A stretch of 64,000 bases of DNA, taken from contig JANHCV010000010.1 in NCBI GenBank assembly GCA_025594325.1, forward strand, positions 124,001-188,000, read 5' to 3'. The notes below the pieces were generated by a model. That model searched no databases and was not told the DNA's origin. It saw nothing but the letters and a program-made list of their open reading frames with translations. Position numbers and translations under genes: made by a program. The stretch is from Blastocladiella emersonii ATCC 22665. Lineage: Eukaryota; Fungi; Blastocladiomycota. Positions 22,050-34,456 of this stretch are shown piece after piece. How positions within the stretch are numbered: the first letter of the stretch is position 1; each line of letters starts with the position of its first letter.

Positions 22050-22404
22050 TCACGGCGTCGGGGCAATGGCCATGGCGGCGCACGCGGCCATGCACGAGCC
22101 TTGGGCGACGCTGCACCCGGCGGCGGCGGCCATGGCGACGGGGCCGAGGGTACCGACGCTGACGCCTATCGAGGGAGGGATCGCGAGCGTCAGACCGCGC
22201 TCAAACCCGAGTGCTCCCGCGCGCAGAACACGCACCAAAGGTGAGACCCGCGGCCGAGTAGCACGCGACGGCGGCCGTGTTGCAGCCCGTCTGGCACAGG
22301 CCGTAGGCGAGCATGCCGAGCGGGCCGGCGTGGGCGGGGCCCGCGGCGAGGAGGGCGAGCACGAGGAGGGCGAAGAGAACGGTAGCGAGCGGCGAGAGCT
22401 TCAT
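22050..22404 (-). CDS. Small secreted six-cysteine protein, copy 2; exons 22404-22236, 22165-22050
   Basis: Signal peptide ending PAHA-G; GPLGMLAYGLCQTGCNTAAVACYSAAGLTFG...CSVAQGSCMAACAAMAIAPTP; canonical intron with CTGAC branch; TATAAG upstream near 22470. Confidence 0.85.
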
Positions 22405-25400
22405 GGTCGAGGCAAACCGACAGTGCGCACACGGCAACTCGCGGCGGGGGAGACGGGCCCGCGGGACTTCTTATACTCGCCCAAGCTCACGCATGACGCG
22501 CAGGACGGTCTCGCGCGCGCGTGCTAAGCGGCCAAGGGTCGTCCACGGTGCGGCCAAGCGGCGTACGCAACGCGTCCACAACAAGGAGACTGTCCACCAC
22601 CTGTCGAGGAGGTGCGGTGCGCGTTGGCGGACCGCGTGGCTCGCTGCCGCCCGCCTCGTTTCCGCTCCCGGTCCCGCTCTCCCACGAGCTCGAAAGTCGG
22701 TGCGCCCCGACTGCTGCGCCGCACCAGCGCCGTCACGACCGTCCGCTCGTAGCGCTACGACTGCCGCGCCGCGCTAGCGTCGTCATGACCGACCGCTCGG
22801 AGTGCTCAGCGGGCGGACCCACTTGCGAGGCACGAGGCGCGAGTGGAGTTCATTGCGGCAGGTCAGCGATGACGGCGATGGCGTCGTGGAAGGCGCAACG
22901 CGTCGGTGCGGCGCGGCGAAGAAACGCGTCGAGCCCAACGCGGCGGACATGGGTCGCGTGGCCAGCCGCGCAAGCCCGCGTTCGCGAAGCGGGCCGTGGC
23001 TGGAGTTGCCATGAACTCGCTGCGAAAGAAAAAAAGGGCACACGCACGCCCGCGCCCCCAACGGCCTTCATCGATGGCCGGCTCCGCTCCTCGCTCCGTT
23101 CCAAGTCCTGTGCCACCCACCACGACCAGCGCGCAGCAGCCGCAGCGGCCCGCCGACCAGCAGCAATCTGCGCTCCATCGACTGCCGGCCACTGCGCAGC
23201 CAGTTCCTCCCGCGCGCGCGCTGTCCATCGCTGCTTCCGCTCTCTCTCATCCCGCAAGAGCGAACGTCCATTGCGAACGAGGTGCGTGCGTCTTTTCGCT
23301 CGGAGCGAGAACACGGTGACGGATGGCCCTCCTTTCTTTCCCCTTTGGTCCCTTCATCTCCTCGCCGCGCCGCCGCCACTGACCACGCTGCTCTCCGAAA
23401 GAGGCAGGCGGGAGCGTTTGCTGGCGGGCGGGTGGCTCAGTCACGATGACTCGAGCTGGCCCACGACGACCAACGCGTCCCCGCCTGCGCGCCGCGTCCC
23501 GCCCACTCTAACCTTGCCTCCCTGCCGCGTGCGGGTGCATGGCGGTGTGCGTCGCGATGCGTCACGGTGGATCATTCCGGCGTGTGCCCTGCCGCGTCTC
23601 CCCTCGTCCCCGTCATCGGACGTTTGTTCTGCGGGCGGCGGGGGTCGTTCGAGTCGCCGGTCGGTCGGCGGTGGCGGCCAGGGTGGCGGCGGCGACGGTC
23701 GGTGGCCGTGCTGCGCCACACGGACGCGCGCGCACTTGCGCGAGCTGCGCCGCGGCCGCGACCGTCGCTTCTGCGCCGCCCCCCAATCCCCCATCCCGCA
23801 CTTGCCTCGCGCCGCCGCGCTCCACTCGCCGTCCGCCCGCTCGCGCGTAACCTTCTTGGCGCCGCCCGGCATCTGACAAGGCGGCGGCCGTGGCGGCGGA
23901 CGCGCGCGCCAAGACGCGTTCCTCTCTCCTCGCTCCTCCCGCAGCCGACCTCGCCACCCTCCCCTCCCCTCGCCTCGCCTCACCCCCACCCTCGAGAAGA
24001 CTCACGCACCGGAGCCGGAGCCAGTCTGCCGGCCGCGCCAAGGTGCGTGCACCCTCGCGCGCGTGTGCGACGCGTCGCGCCCGCCATGGCCGCCATCGCC
24101 GCCATCGTCTGACGTGGCCGTCGGCCGTTTCAGCCCTTGCCCTTCGGCGACCTTCCTCCTCCTCCACCATCAACACCGTCCTCGACTCATGGCCGTGCGC
24201 GTCCTGACTCCCCTGCTGCTGCTCGCACCCGTAGCCCACCGACCACCGCGTATAAAGCTCATCGCCCCCCTCGCTGCCGCAGCTGGTGCCGCTGGTTCAC
24301 CTCCATCACCTACCCCGCTCGTCCGTGTCTCGTCCCTGAAACCCGCTGGCTGGTTTCGCTGCCCAACGGTACGCCCTCTCCTCCTCTCCTCGGCTCGGCT
24401 CGGCGCTGCATGGTGCAAGTGTGCGTGTGTGTGTGTGGAGCGAGAGTACGTGGACGCGGCCGTGCCCCCATCTTATCGATCGGCTACGATGGCCCCCGGC
24501 GGCCGGGCGTCCGACTCACGGCGGCCATCGCGTCACCGCTGACGTGACGACGCGACGCGAAGGTGCCCGACGCTTCGCGCGCTCGCGCCATGTGACGCGG
24601 CCGCGTCGGCTCTCCGGCGGGGCGGCGGCGTCACCTGGGCCGGCCTGCGCCACGTCGCACCTCCGTGTGATGTGTCATGCGAATTCCGCCTTCCCTGCCC
24701 TTCCCTCACGCGCGCTCCCTTCCCGCCAAGCCTCGCGGCTTCCCGTTCCCCGTTTCCCCTTCGGCCGGTCGTCGCCGAAGGCCGCCGCAACACGTTGTTG
24801 CGTGCTGCGGCAGCCCGCCGCGTCGCCCACCGCCGCGCTCGCCCTGCTGACCTGATCCCCAAATTTGGTCGCGCGCCTCCATCGCCATCGCCTCGCTCGC
24901 TCCCCGCCTACTTAATCCCCCGGCGCCCCCCGCCCTCCCTCCTCTCGGATCCTCGCCTCCCAAGGTTTCCACACCGACCCTCCCTCCACCGCCCGCCCCA
25001 CCACGCCATGCTTGTGTCTGCCCCGAACGCTCTCCTCTTCTCGACTGCCGCTCGCCCCACCGCCTCCACCGCCAACACCGCCACCACCGCTGCTCTGCCT
25101 CCGCCCCGACCTCGCGGCCGCTGAACACACTCGCACACTCGCGCACTTGCACCACCGTCGCCGCTCGCTCTCCTCGCACCGGTGACTCGTGCTAAACCCG
25201 ATCGCGCCGACGCAGACCCGCACGCATCTCCCGCTCGCCCCGAACACGCCCGCGCGCTCGCGACGCGCCACACCTCCCTCCCTCCACCACCACCTCCCAC
25301 GACCTGCTTCGTGACGCCGGGCGCCTTCGGTCAATAAACGCGCCCCTCGCCGCCATGTCGTGCTAAGCACCCCGCTCCCCGCGCACCTCGCGATCCCTCG

Positions 25401-25610
25401 AAGAAGACCTCCTCCCCCGACCCCATCTTCCCGAGTGACCTTGTGTTCACCCTCCCCTACCTGCCCAAGATGCCTCTCCAGTGATTCCTCTCGACCCAGA
25501 ACCCCCTCTCCTCTACACTACTCCCGACTGCCTCAGTCCCTCCTACCTTCCCGCCCACCAACACCACTACGACGTCCACCACCACCAAGATCACCACCAC
25601 CCTGCCCACC

Positions 25611-27609
25611 ATGGTCTTCTCGCTGCAGCCCGGACAGACCGTCCACCACTACGAGGTGGTCGCCGAGCTCGGCTCGGGCGCCTTTGCCAGTACGTTGCCT
25701 CTCTCGCACTCGCTCCTCCCACTGCACGCGATGCTAACTGCCCCTCGCAGCCGTCTACACGTGCTTTGACCGCCGCCTGCGCGCGCCCGCCTCGCCCGAC
25801 GCGGCCCCGCTCGCCCTCAAGGTCATCTCGAAGCGCGACCTCGACCGCGACCAGCTCGCCCTGACGCGCCTCGAGGTCGACATCCACGTCAAGCTGCCCG
25901 CGCACCCGCACATTGTGCGCCTGCTCGAGTGGTTCGAGGACCCGCACGCCCTCTACCTCGTGCTCGAGCGCTGCGACTACGGCGACCTCTACGACCTGGT
26001 CCTCTCCCCGACCTCGTCGCTCGCCTCCACGGTCGCCACCACCGCCACGCCCGCCCACTCGGTCTCGCACCTCTACCCGACCCCGCACTCGCTCGCCTCG
26101 TCCATGTCCATGACCTCGGCCGCCGCTGCCGGTGCCGGTGCCGCCACCAAGTCGCGCCGCGGCCTCCCCGACGCGGTCGTGCACCGCTACATGCTGCAGA
26201 TCACGGACGCGCTCGCCGCGTGCCACGCCAACGGCGTCTACCACCGCGACCTCAAGCCCGAGAACGTGCTCCTCGCCGGCCCGCTCGCCCGCGACGGGTT
26301 CCCGTCGTCGACCAAGCTCGCCGACTTTGGTCTCGCGACGCGCGAGGCCTTCTCGACCGAGCTCGGCCTCGGCACCCGGTCGTACCTCGCGCCCGAGTGC
26401 CTCGACGAGAAGATCGACGGCTACGCCTCGGCCGCCGCCGACGTGTTCGCGCTCGCCCTCGTCGCCCTGCAGCTCGCGCACCCGGGCGTCCGCCTCTGGA
26501 AGGCCACGGTCGACGACGACGCCGACTGGGCCGCCTTCTGCCGCGCCCTGCACGACCAGCGCCACTACGTGCGCACGCACGCCGGCCACCACCACGGCCA
26601 CCACGGGCATCGTGGGACCAGCCACGCGGCCGAGCCCCTCGCGCGCTTCTTCGCCGCACGGTTCCCGCAGATCTCGCCCGCCCTACAGCGCCTCCTCGCG
26701 CGCGCCCTCGACCCCGTGCCCGCGCGCCGCGCCACGCTCGCCGAGTTCCGCCGCCTCCTCGCGCACGTCGACGCGTTCGCGTGCAAGCACACGCCGTCGC
26801 TCCTCGTCGCCTCGATCCACGCCAAGCACGCGCCGCGCGTCCGTATCGGCGGCGGCGGTATGGCCGCTGACCTCCTCGAGCCCGAGGCCGACGCCGCCGG
26901 CGTCCCGCACGTGCCGCTCCCCGCGGGCGCCGTGCACGTGGATATCGGCGACATGGACTTTGGCGACGTCATGGCCGGCCACGGGCACGACGATGATGGG
27001 GATGACTACGACTCGGACGAGGAGTCGAGCTGGGCCGAGGACGACGACGACGAGGAGCTGTTCGACGACGAGGATGCCGACGACGACGAGTACGACGGTT
27101 ACTCGGACGACGGCGAGGCCGAGGACGACGCTGTCACCGCCCCCGCCCCCGCTTTCGCTGTGCCCGTCGCCGCCGTCGCCGCCGCCAAGGCCGCGCTCCC
27201 GCTCGCCGGACCGCACATCTTCGCCACGGCCGCCGCCGCGTCGCCGCGGCCCTGGACCTCGATGCTCGCCCCCGTCGCCGCGGCCCTCGCCCCGCCCAAG
27301 CCCGTCGCCGCCGCCGCTGTGCCCGCGCTCGCCCTCGCCCCGCCGTCCGTCTCGAGCAGCCACATTGACTGGTCCGAGCTCGACGAGGACGACGACGCGC
27401 CGCTCGCGCCGCCCACCACGACCGCCTCGCGCCCAACGCTGCCCACGACCTCGTCGTCGGCCACGCTCGTGCCCTCGGCGTCGACGGACGACCTCATGCT
27501 CCTCAAGGTGCCGGCGGCCGTGGCCGACGCGGCCAAGCAGCGCCAGGAGTCGCTCGACTCGGCGCTCGGCCACTCGATCACGGCGGGCGTGGCGCGGCTG
27601 CGCGTGTGA
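25611..27609 (+). CDS. Ser/Thr protein kinase, probably Ran1/Pat1/Sks1/Ksp1-like; exons 25611-25689, 25751-27609
   Basis: GSGAFA, ALK, HPHIV, HRDLKPEN, DFG, GT.SYLAPE and DVFAL motifs intact; acidic and Ala/Pro-rich tail. Subfamily call is tentative. Confidence 0.9.
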
Positions 27610-28293
27610 GTGGTGTCCAATACACGCTACGCTCTCCCTGCCTCGCTCGCCTCGTGGCTCGGCCCGTTGCAGCCTTCTTCCCCTCCTCCAACCCATCCCC
27701 TGCCTCCCCTCTCTCTCCTCGCTTTACCCCCTTTGCCCTCGTCTCTCTCCCATTTAACTTGTAAACAATGCATTCTGCGGCTTCGCGCGCTCCCATGTAC
27801 ATTATACACTCTCATGATCATGCGAACTTGCTCGTCTTGAAGGTCGGTTGTGAGCGCTCTGAGAAGAAAGGTCCGCGAGCTTCTTCGCACTCGCGGCAGC
27901 TGGACACGCGCTGGCCGGGTGGCGAAGCCGCAGTCAAAAGCTGAGCCACCATGGCCTCGGACAGCTTGGATCGATGGTCTCTGGCCTTGCGGGCCCGCAC
28001 GGCGGCGCGCTCTTAGTTGAACGTGCAGGGCCTTTTTCAAGAAAAATAGGAGCATTGTCGCTCAAGTGACTTCCGTGGCCGAAGCTCGCTCAAGCGAAAT
28101 GAGCAACGCGTCAAGCGTGGCGTGGCGTGCGAGTTCGAGCGGCCGCCGAGCCGGCTTCAGCTACCGTGGAGGTCACGAGCAACGAGCAAATTTGATTTTT
28201 AGGCGACCAAGGCCTCGAACAAGCTTCTACGCACTGATTGAATCGTGGGCAAGTCAATTTCAAGCAGCAAAACACTGATAAACGACGCAAAAT

Positions 28294-28367
28294 CGACCCC
28301 GGCGAGGATCGAACTCGCGATCTTTGCTTTAGGAGAGCAACGCCTTAATCCTCTTGGCCACGGGGCC
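28294..28367 (-). tRNA. tRNA-Arg(CCT), intronless
   Basis: GGCCCCGTGGCCAAGAGGATTAAGGCGTTGCTCTCCTAAAGCAAAGATCGCGAGTTCGATCCTCGCCGGGGTCG: acceptor stem, D loop, anticodon stem TTGCT/AGCAA with CCT, TTCGA T loop; TTTT Pol III terminator just downstream. Confidence 0.95.
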
Positions 28368-28881
28368 GCCAGTTTCTGTACCTTTCCAAGCGAAATCAAA
28401 TAAATCTCTTCCAGAGATGCCCGCTCAACAGTGTTTCGACGCGGTGAGGCGGTGGGAAACGTTTGCCAAAGTGGCACACTGTTGTAGCGAGGCTAATCGC
28501 GTCTTTTGCCAGTCGCAAGCGCGCAGGACCAAGGGGGGGAATGTTGACAAGGGATCCGCGGAAGCAACGCTCGAGGGCCAGTGACCATTCAATGCAGTGG
28601 GGTTTCATGGAGTTTCATCGTGTTCCATCAGGTCCGTGCATCGCGCTCGAGACTGCGAGAGAGGGCGGGCGGCACCGGCGCAGCGCCAAGGTGTTCGGGC
28701 GAGCGCCACCCGGCGGCTTCCGTCGCGACGCGCTCACATGACGGCGACGCGATCGCCCGCCGCTCCTTCGGTCCTCTGCTCCGAACCCTCTCAGTCTGCC
28801 TGCTCCTCAAACGGACTCGTATGTAGCCCTACGCACCATGAAACTGTCTCTCTGACCCGCGCTACTGCCCGGCGTAGCACC

Positions 28882-30033
28882 ATGGCGACCCCACCAACAG
28901 CAGCCGCCGCCGCCGCGGCGATCACCAAGCCGGCCGACTTTGTCCCGCTCGACACGCTGTTCCGGGTCTCGCTGATCAAGCCGCCGACGTGCGGCCCGTC
29001 GGGCCTGGTCCTGGTGCTCGCGCTGCACAACGACCTCGGGACACGGGTCGCCCGCGCGGGCGTCGCCGTGACCGTGGCGTGGACCGAGTCTGCCGCCGCG
29101 AACCCGCGCACCACCGCCGCGCCCGTCTCGCGGTCGTGGACATCCCGCCCGCTCGACCTCGACCAGTTCTCGGCCGCGCCGCTCACGGTCCCCGGGATCC
29201 GGTCGCTGCGCGGCATCAACGCGCTAAGCGTGTCCGTCGGCTCGCGGTCGCTCGAGGACGTGGCGCGGGTGTGGGACAAACCCGCTGACGGCAGCACCGA
29301 CGCAGAGCTCGAGTGGACGCTCCCGCTGCACATCTCCTTCACGGGCGCGGACCCCGTCTTCTCGCGGCGGTTCGGCAGCGTGACGGTAGTCGAGCCGTCG
29401 GCGTTCGCGCACACGCCGCTCGGGTCGAGCGTGTGGGACGGTGCGCTGGTGCTGGCGGGGTTCCTGGGCCGGTCGCCCGCGTGGCGGCGGCGCGTCGCGG
29501 CGGGCCCGACGCTCGAGCTCGGCGCCGGGTGCGGGTTCCTCGGCCGGTGGCTCGCCAGCACGATGCCGGCGGCCGCCGCCAAGTCGCTCAACTTCGTCAT
29601 GACCGACCTGCCCGACGTCATGGACTACTGCCGGTCCAACGCGCCCGCGGCGATCGCGTGCCACGCGTTCACGTGGGGCGAGGAGAACACAGACGTGGCG
29701 GGCGCGCCGTGGTGGGCGGACTTCGCCGGCGTCAAGCGCGACGGCGACGGACCGTTGGTCCTCGTCGGGTCGGACCTCATCTACAACGAGAAGGTGCACC
29801 CGGCGCTGCTGGCGGCGATGCGCGCGCTCGCCGCGGGCCGCGAGGCGGGCACGGTGATGCTCATGTCGTTCAAGCGGCGGTCGCCGCGCGGCGAGCTCGC
29901 GTTCCTCGACCAGTGCCGCCGCGGCGCCGCGGGGCCCGCGTTCACGCGTGTTGCGCTGCTCGCGCGCACGGCCGAGGTGTACGTGGTGTCGATTTCAGCG
30001 GGACCAGCGCCGCCGATGAAGGAAGAGCAATAG
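28882..30033 (+). CDS. Class I SAM-dependent protein methyltransferase (METTL21/family 16-like) with extra N-terminal domain
   Basis: GSSVWDGALVLA, LELGAGCG, MTDLPDV, FTWGE, GSDLIYN; ATG 28882 follows a probable 59-nt 5'UTR intron (28819-28877). Confidence 0.85.
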   Translation: MATPPTAAAAAAAITKPADFVPLDTLFRVSLIKPPTCGPSGLVLVLALHNDLGTRVARAGVAVTVAWTESAAANPRTTAAPVSRSWTSRPLDLDQFSAAPLTVPGIRSLRGINALSVSVGSRSLEDVARVWDKPADGSTDAELEWTLPLHISFTGADPVFSRRFGSVTVVEPSAFAHTPLGSSVWDGALVLAGFLGRSPAWRRRVAAGPTLELGAGCGFLGRWLASTMPAAAAKSLNFVMTDLPDVMDYCRSNAPAAIACHAFTWGEENTDVAGAPWWADFAGVKRDGDGPLVLVGSDLIYNEKVHPALLAAMRALAAGREAGTVMLMSFKRRSPRGELAFLDQCRRGAAGPAFTRVALLARTAEVYVVSISAGPAPPMKEEQ

Positions 30034-30286
30034 ATGTTATCACGCGCCGACCGATCATCGTGCACGCGTGAGAGATATCGCGTCACGCGTCGATGTCTCG
30101 CGGCGAGACAGTCACGCGGGTCGGCTGCGCCTCTTCCTCTTTGTGTGATCATCGCGGCGCGCCCTGATCCACCCGCGCCCGCGCCCGCGCCTGCGCCACA
30201 CTGCAGGACGACGAACGGATGGGATATAAGATGGAGGCACCGCCGCCCGCCGTGCTCGCAAACCGAACCTGACCCGCTACACTGCC

Positions 30287-31301
30287 ATGGATACTGCACC
30301 TGCGACCCCCCGCACCGCGGCCGCTGCTGCCGCCGCCAACATCACCCGCGCGCTGCCGTCGCCACCATCACCACACGTGAAGGCGGCAGCGCCAAGGCCC
30401 GACGCCAAGGCGCGCGACAAGCCGTGGATGTCGTTCATCGCTGGCGCCGTCGCCGGCAGCGTCGAGATCACTCGTACGCGCTACCATCCCGTCGTCGCGC
30501 CCGACCACCGCTGATCCTCATGTCCGCGTAGTCACGTACCCGACCGAGTTCACCAAGACGCAGCTGCAGCTGCCGGAGACGCCATTCACGAGCCCGGTGC
30601 ACGTCCTGCGGCACTACGTGACGACGCACGGCGTGGCGTCCATCTACACGGGGCTCGCGCCCATGGTCGCCGGCACCGCGGCCAAGGCGTCGGTCCGGTT
30701 CCTGACCTACGACACGCTCAAGCAGCAGCTCGCGTCGACAGCAACGCCGAAATCCCTCGTCCCGCTCGTCGCGGGGCTCGGCGCGGGCGTCGCCGAAGCC
30801 GTGCTCGTCGTGACCCCGAGCGAAGTCCTCAAGACGCACATGGTCGACGCGCACCGGGCCACGGGCGTCGCGCCGTCGGCCTCCGCGACGCTGCGCAGCA
30901 TCGGCGTCCGCGGCCTGTGGCAGGGCACGCTGCCCGTCGTCGCGCGGCAGGCGGCCAACTCGGCGGTCCGGTTCGGCGCGTACGGGTTCCTGCGCGAGCA
31001 CCTCGCCCCGGGCGTCGACCACCCGGCCATGACGTTTGCGCGAGGCATGGTCGCGGGGACCGTCACCGTGTACGCGACCATGCCGCTCGACGTCGTCAAG
31101 ACCAAGATGCAGGCGCGCGACGCGCGCGCGCGGTATGCCGGGTCCGGCGACTGCGTCCTCAAGACGGTCAGGGAGGAGGGCGGCGTCACGGCGCTCTGGC
31201 GCGGAGCGACGCCGCGGCTGTCGCGGCTCATGTTCTCGGGCGCCATCGTGTTCACTGTGTACGAGGAGGTGATGCGCGTGCTGCGCGCGGTCGCGGAGTG
31301 A
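30287..31301 (+). CDS. CTP1: Mitochondrial carrier, citrate/tricarboxylate transporter type; exons 30287-30473, 30532-31301
   Basis: Three carrier repeats (TYPTEFTKTQLQL, TPSEVLKTHM, MPLDVVKTKMQ); EIT, RQAANSAVRF and PRLSRL typical of Ctp1/SLC25A1. Confidence 0.85.
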
Positions 31302-31372
31302 TTGATCCTGTACAAAGTCGGCAGAGTATATTCATAGTATGTCTTCCCATCTGGTCCCATCGCGCCTTAAGT

Positions 31373-33763
31373 CTAGAACATGAACGGCTGCGCCGTCGTC
31401 GTCGTCGTCGCCGGTTTCTGGCCCGCGGCCTGCGCGCCGAACGGGTTGCTCGACGCGGCCGTCGCCGCCGGCTTGCCGAACGGGTCCAGGTTCGCAAACG
31501 GGTCGCTGACCGCGACGTAGTTCGGCCCGGCAGCCCCCGTGGCCGCGGACGTGGCACCGTTGCCGCCGAAGGGGTTGGACGTCGCGCCGCCGAAGCCCGT
31601 GGCCTGCGGCTGCTGCTGATGCATGCCCATGAACCCCGTCGACTGCATCCCGAACGGCTGCTGCTGGGACTGCTGCTGCGGCTGCGACATGCCCGAGAGA
31701 CCCATCCCGAACGACGCCGACGCCGTCATCCCGAACGGGTTGGCTGCGGCCGCGGGCTGCTGCTGCATCCCCATGAACCCGGTCGACTGCGGCTGCTGCA
31801 TCCCGCCCATGAACCCGGTCGACTGCTGCTGGACGCCGCCCATGAAGCCCGTTGACTGCATACCGAACGGCTGCTGCTGCGACTGCTGCATGCTCGACAT
31901 GCCCATGCCGAACGACGGCGACGACGTCATACCGAGCGACCCCGCGCCGTTACCGAACCCGGTCGACTGCGCGCCAAACGGATTCGCCGCCGTCGAGCCG
32001 TTCGCGAACCCGTTGCTCCCGCCCGTGAGCGCCATCGACACGGCGGCCGCGGGCGCGGGCGACGCCGACCGCTGCGCGCCCGTCAGTGTGCCCATGGGGT
32101 TGGGGCTTGGGTTCGCGAACGGGTTGAACGAAGAGGACTGCGACCCGCCGAACTGCGACCCCGTCGCCTGCGGCTGCTGCATGCCGAACGGGTTCCCCGT
32201 CATGGCGCTCCCGACGGACCCCGTCGGCATCGGCGGGACCGGCGACCCGCTCGCGAACGGGTCGAACAGCGGGCCCGGCGCCGCGCTCGCAAACGGGTTC
32301 TGCCACGGCGACCCGGGCCCGGAGCTCGCGGTATGCGTCGGGCTCGCGTAGTTGCCCGGCGACGACGAGGAGGCAAACGGGTTCCCGCCATTCGCCGAAC
32401 TGCCGCCGAACGCCGACGACGACGCGCCCGTCGCGCTACTCGCGACGCCGTTGAACCCGAACCCGGCCGACGAGAAGGGGTCGAACGGCGCGGCGCCCGC
32501 GGCCGGCGCTGGGTACGCCGCGGCCACCTGCTTGGTGTTGTCCTCGAGCGCCGAGAAAAAGTCGATGAGCGCCGGCGGCGGCGCGGCCATGGGCGCGGGC
32601 GGCGGGCCCGTGGGCGTCGGCGCGATCGCGATCGACAGCTTGCGCGCGGTCGGCGAGGTCGAGCTCGATGAGGGCGCAGCGGGCGATGGCGACGAGTACT
32701 GGCGCTGCTGCGGGGGCGGCGATGCGGCGCCGTTCCCGTTCCCGTTCCCGTTGTTGTTGCGCGGGATCGTGCCGAGGTTGCCCTTGTCGAGCTCGGCCTC
32801 GAGCGAGTCGGCAATGTCGGGGATGTGGCGGAAGTCGGGGACCGAGATCTGCAGGACGCCGGGCGGGAACCCGCGTGCCGTGGCGAGGAAGGTATCGACG
32901 GCCTTGGCCTGGGCGACGAGCTGGCGGAACAGGGCGATGCCGTTGCGGGCGAGGGGCGGCGGCAGGTCGCCGAGGCGCTGCAGGATGTTGATGACACCCT
33001 CGTTGAGGATGTGGTAGAGGCGCATGAGGTCGCGCAGGAGCAGCTTGAAGGCGGCGAGCGTCACCTCGTTGTCGATCTCGGACGCGGCAAAGTGCGCGCG
33101 CAGGAGGACCTGGAACTGGCGCAGCACCGCCGCCAGCTCCTTGATCAGCGCGTCGTTGACGGGCGCCGTGCGCATGGCCCGCGCCACGTCCGTCGGCAGG
33201 TGCGCGTCGCGGTTGATGCTCCCGTACGAGTCGGCCGACTGCTTGGTCGGGGATGCGGGGCGGCAGTAGTCGCGCTTCTGCTCGCGGTAGACGTGCACCT
33301 TCTCCTCGAGGTACGCCGCGTACCGCGAAATGTTCTTGCTCTGCTCGATGCGCACGCCCGACGAGTCGCGGAAGTTGGCCAGGTTCAGGATGCTCGGCTG
33401 CGTCGCCAGGTACCCGATCAGGCGGTCGCCCGAGCCCTGGTCCATGAGGATGTGCGTGACGATGAGGGCCTTGAACACGACCTACGTTCGCGAGGGTTGG
33501 TTAGACATGATCCCTCGCCCACACACCGATGAGTGACAACGTACGCTCCAGCTCGAGTCGCGCAGGCGCAGCTCGAGCAGCTGGCCAATGTCGGCAATGG
33601 AGATGTCGCGGCGCCACGTTGCGTTGAGCAGGATCGAGACGTGCTTCCACTTGGGCGCCTTGGAGTTGCGCTTGGTCGCCTTGACCATGGCCGTCTCGAG
33701 GTCCTTGACGAAGAAGGCCTTGGCAACCACCACCTTTTCCATGACGCGGTCGCTCGTCGACAT
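31373..33763 (-). CDS. ANTH-domain clathrin assembly protein (AP180/CALM/Yap1801-like); exons 33763-33545, 33481-31373
   Basis: KAT....APKWKHV, SW.VVFKALIVTHILM.QG, YAAYLEEKV, LLRDLMRLY..LNEGVINIL; tail with many NPF/DPF motifs and QSTG repeats. Confidence 0.92.
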
Positions 33764-34133
33764 GGTGGCGGTCGGTGGTCGGTGGTCGGTCGGTCGTGCG
33801 AGGAAGGAACGGATCGGATCCGGAGAAGCAATAAGCAAGGTCGTGCTAGTAGCGAGCGCCGCGGCGGGCGAGATTCATGCAGTGACGGTCGAGTACGCGA
33901 ACGTTACGAGCCGTGCGTCGAGTCGGGAGAGAGGGGGAGGGGAGGGAGAGGGCGGGCAGGGAGGCGGACCGCGAGCAGCTTGCGCCACACTGCGCGCGGA
34001 CCCGAGGAGACAGACGCGTGCGCAGCTCGCAGAAACAAAAATGTCTCCCGCGTGCGTCTCCTCGCCTCATTTCGTTGCGAGACAGACGCGTGACTGTCAT
34101 GCGCGGCTCCTTGAGAGCGCCGGTTCATGCGCG

Positions 34134-34169
34134 GGGAGGAGGGCCGGGAGGAGGGCCGGGAGGAGGGCC
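34134..34169 (+). repeat. (GGGAGGAGGGCC)3 purine-rich tandem repeat in the ANTH/MPC1 divergent promoter
   Basis: Three perfect 12-bp units. Confidence 0.9.
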
Positions 34170-34456
34170 TAGTTTGACCAGGGACGCGTCTAATAGCGTC
34201 GAATAGCGTAAGAATACCCTCGGGATACATTGCGCGGTATTTCCTGCCTCAGCTCGAGTGGGAGGAGTATCGGGCGACCGTCGCGGTCACGCGATGATGA
34301 GCGATTGGGGGCTCGGGTCCTGCGTCTGTCTCCGGCCGCTGCTCCGCTCCGGCCGTGCTCCGCCGGGTTGCTTCACCGCTCTTCTCCCCCTCCCTCCCCT
34401 CTCGAGCCCAAGATCGCACATACCACGCCATCAAACTCTACGCAACGACATCTACC

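Noticed and set aside
22521-24550. Several 150-450 aa ORFs on both strands
   Set aside because: Low-complexity Arg/Pro/Ala translations with no codon bias or domains; better read as promoter/leader DNA
31400-32350. Repeated QQSQQQPFGMQSTGFMG and NPF units in the ANTH tail
   Set aside because: Ordinary for fungal endocytic adaptors
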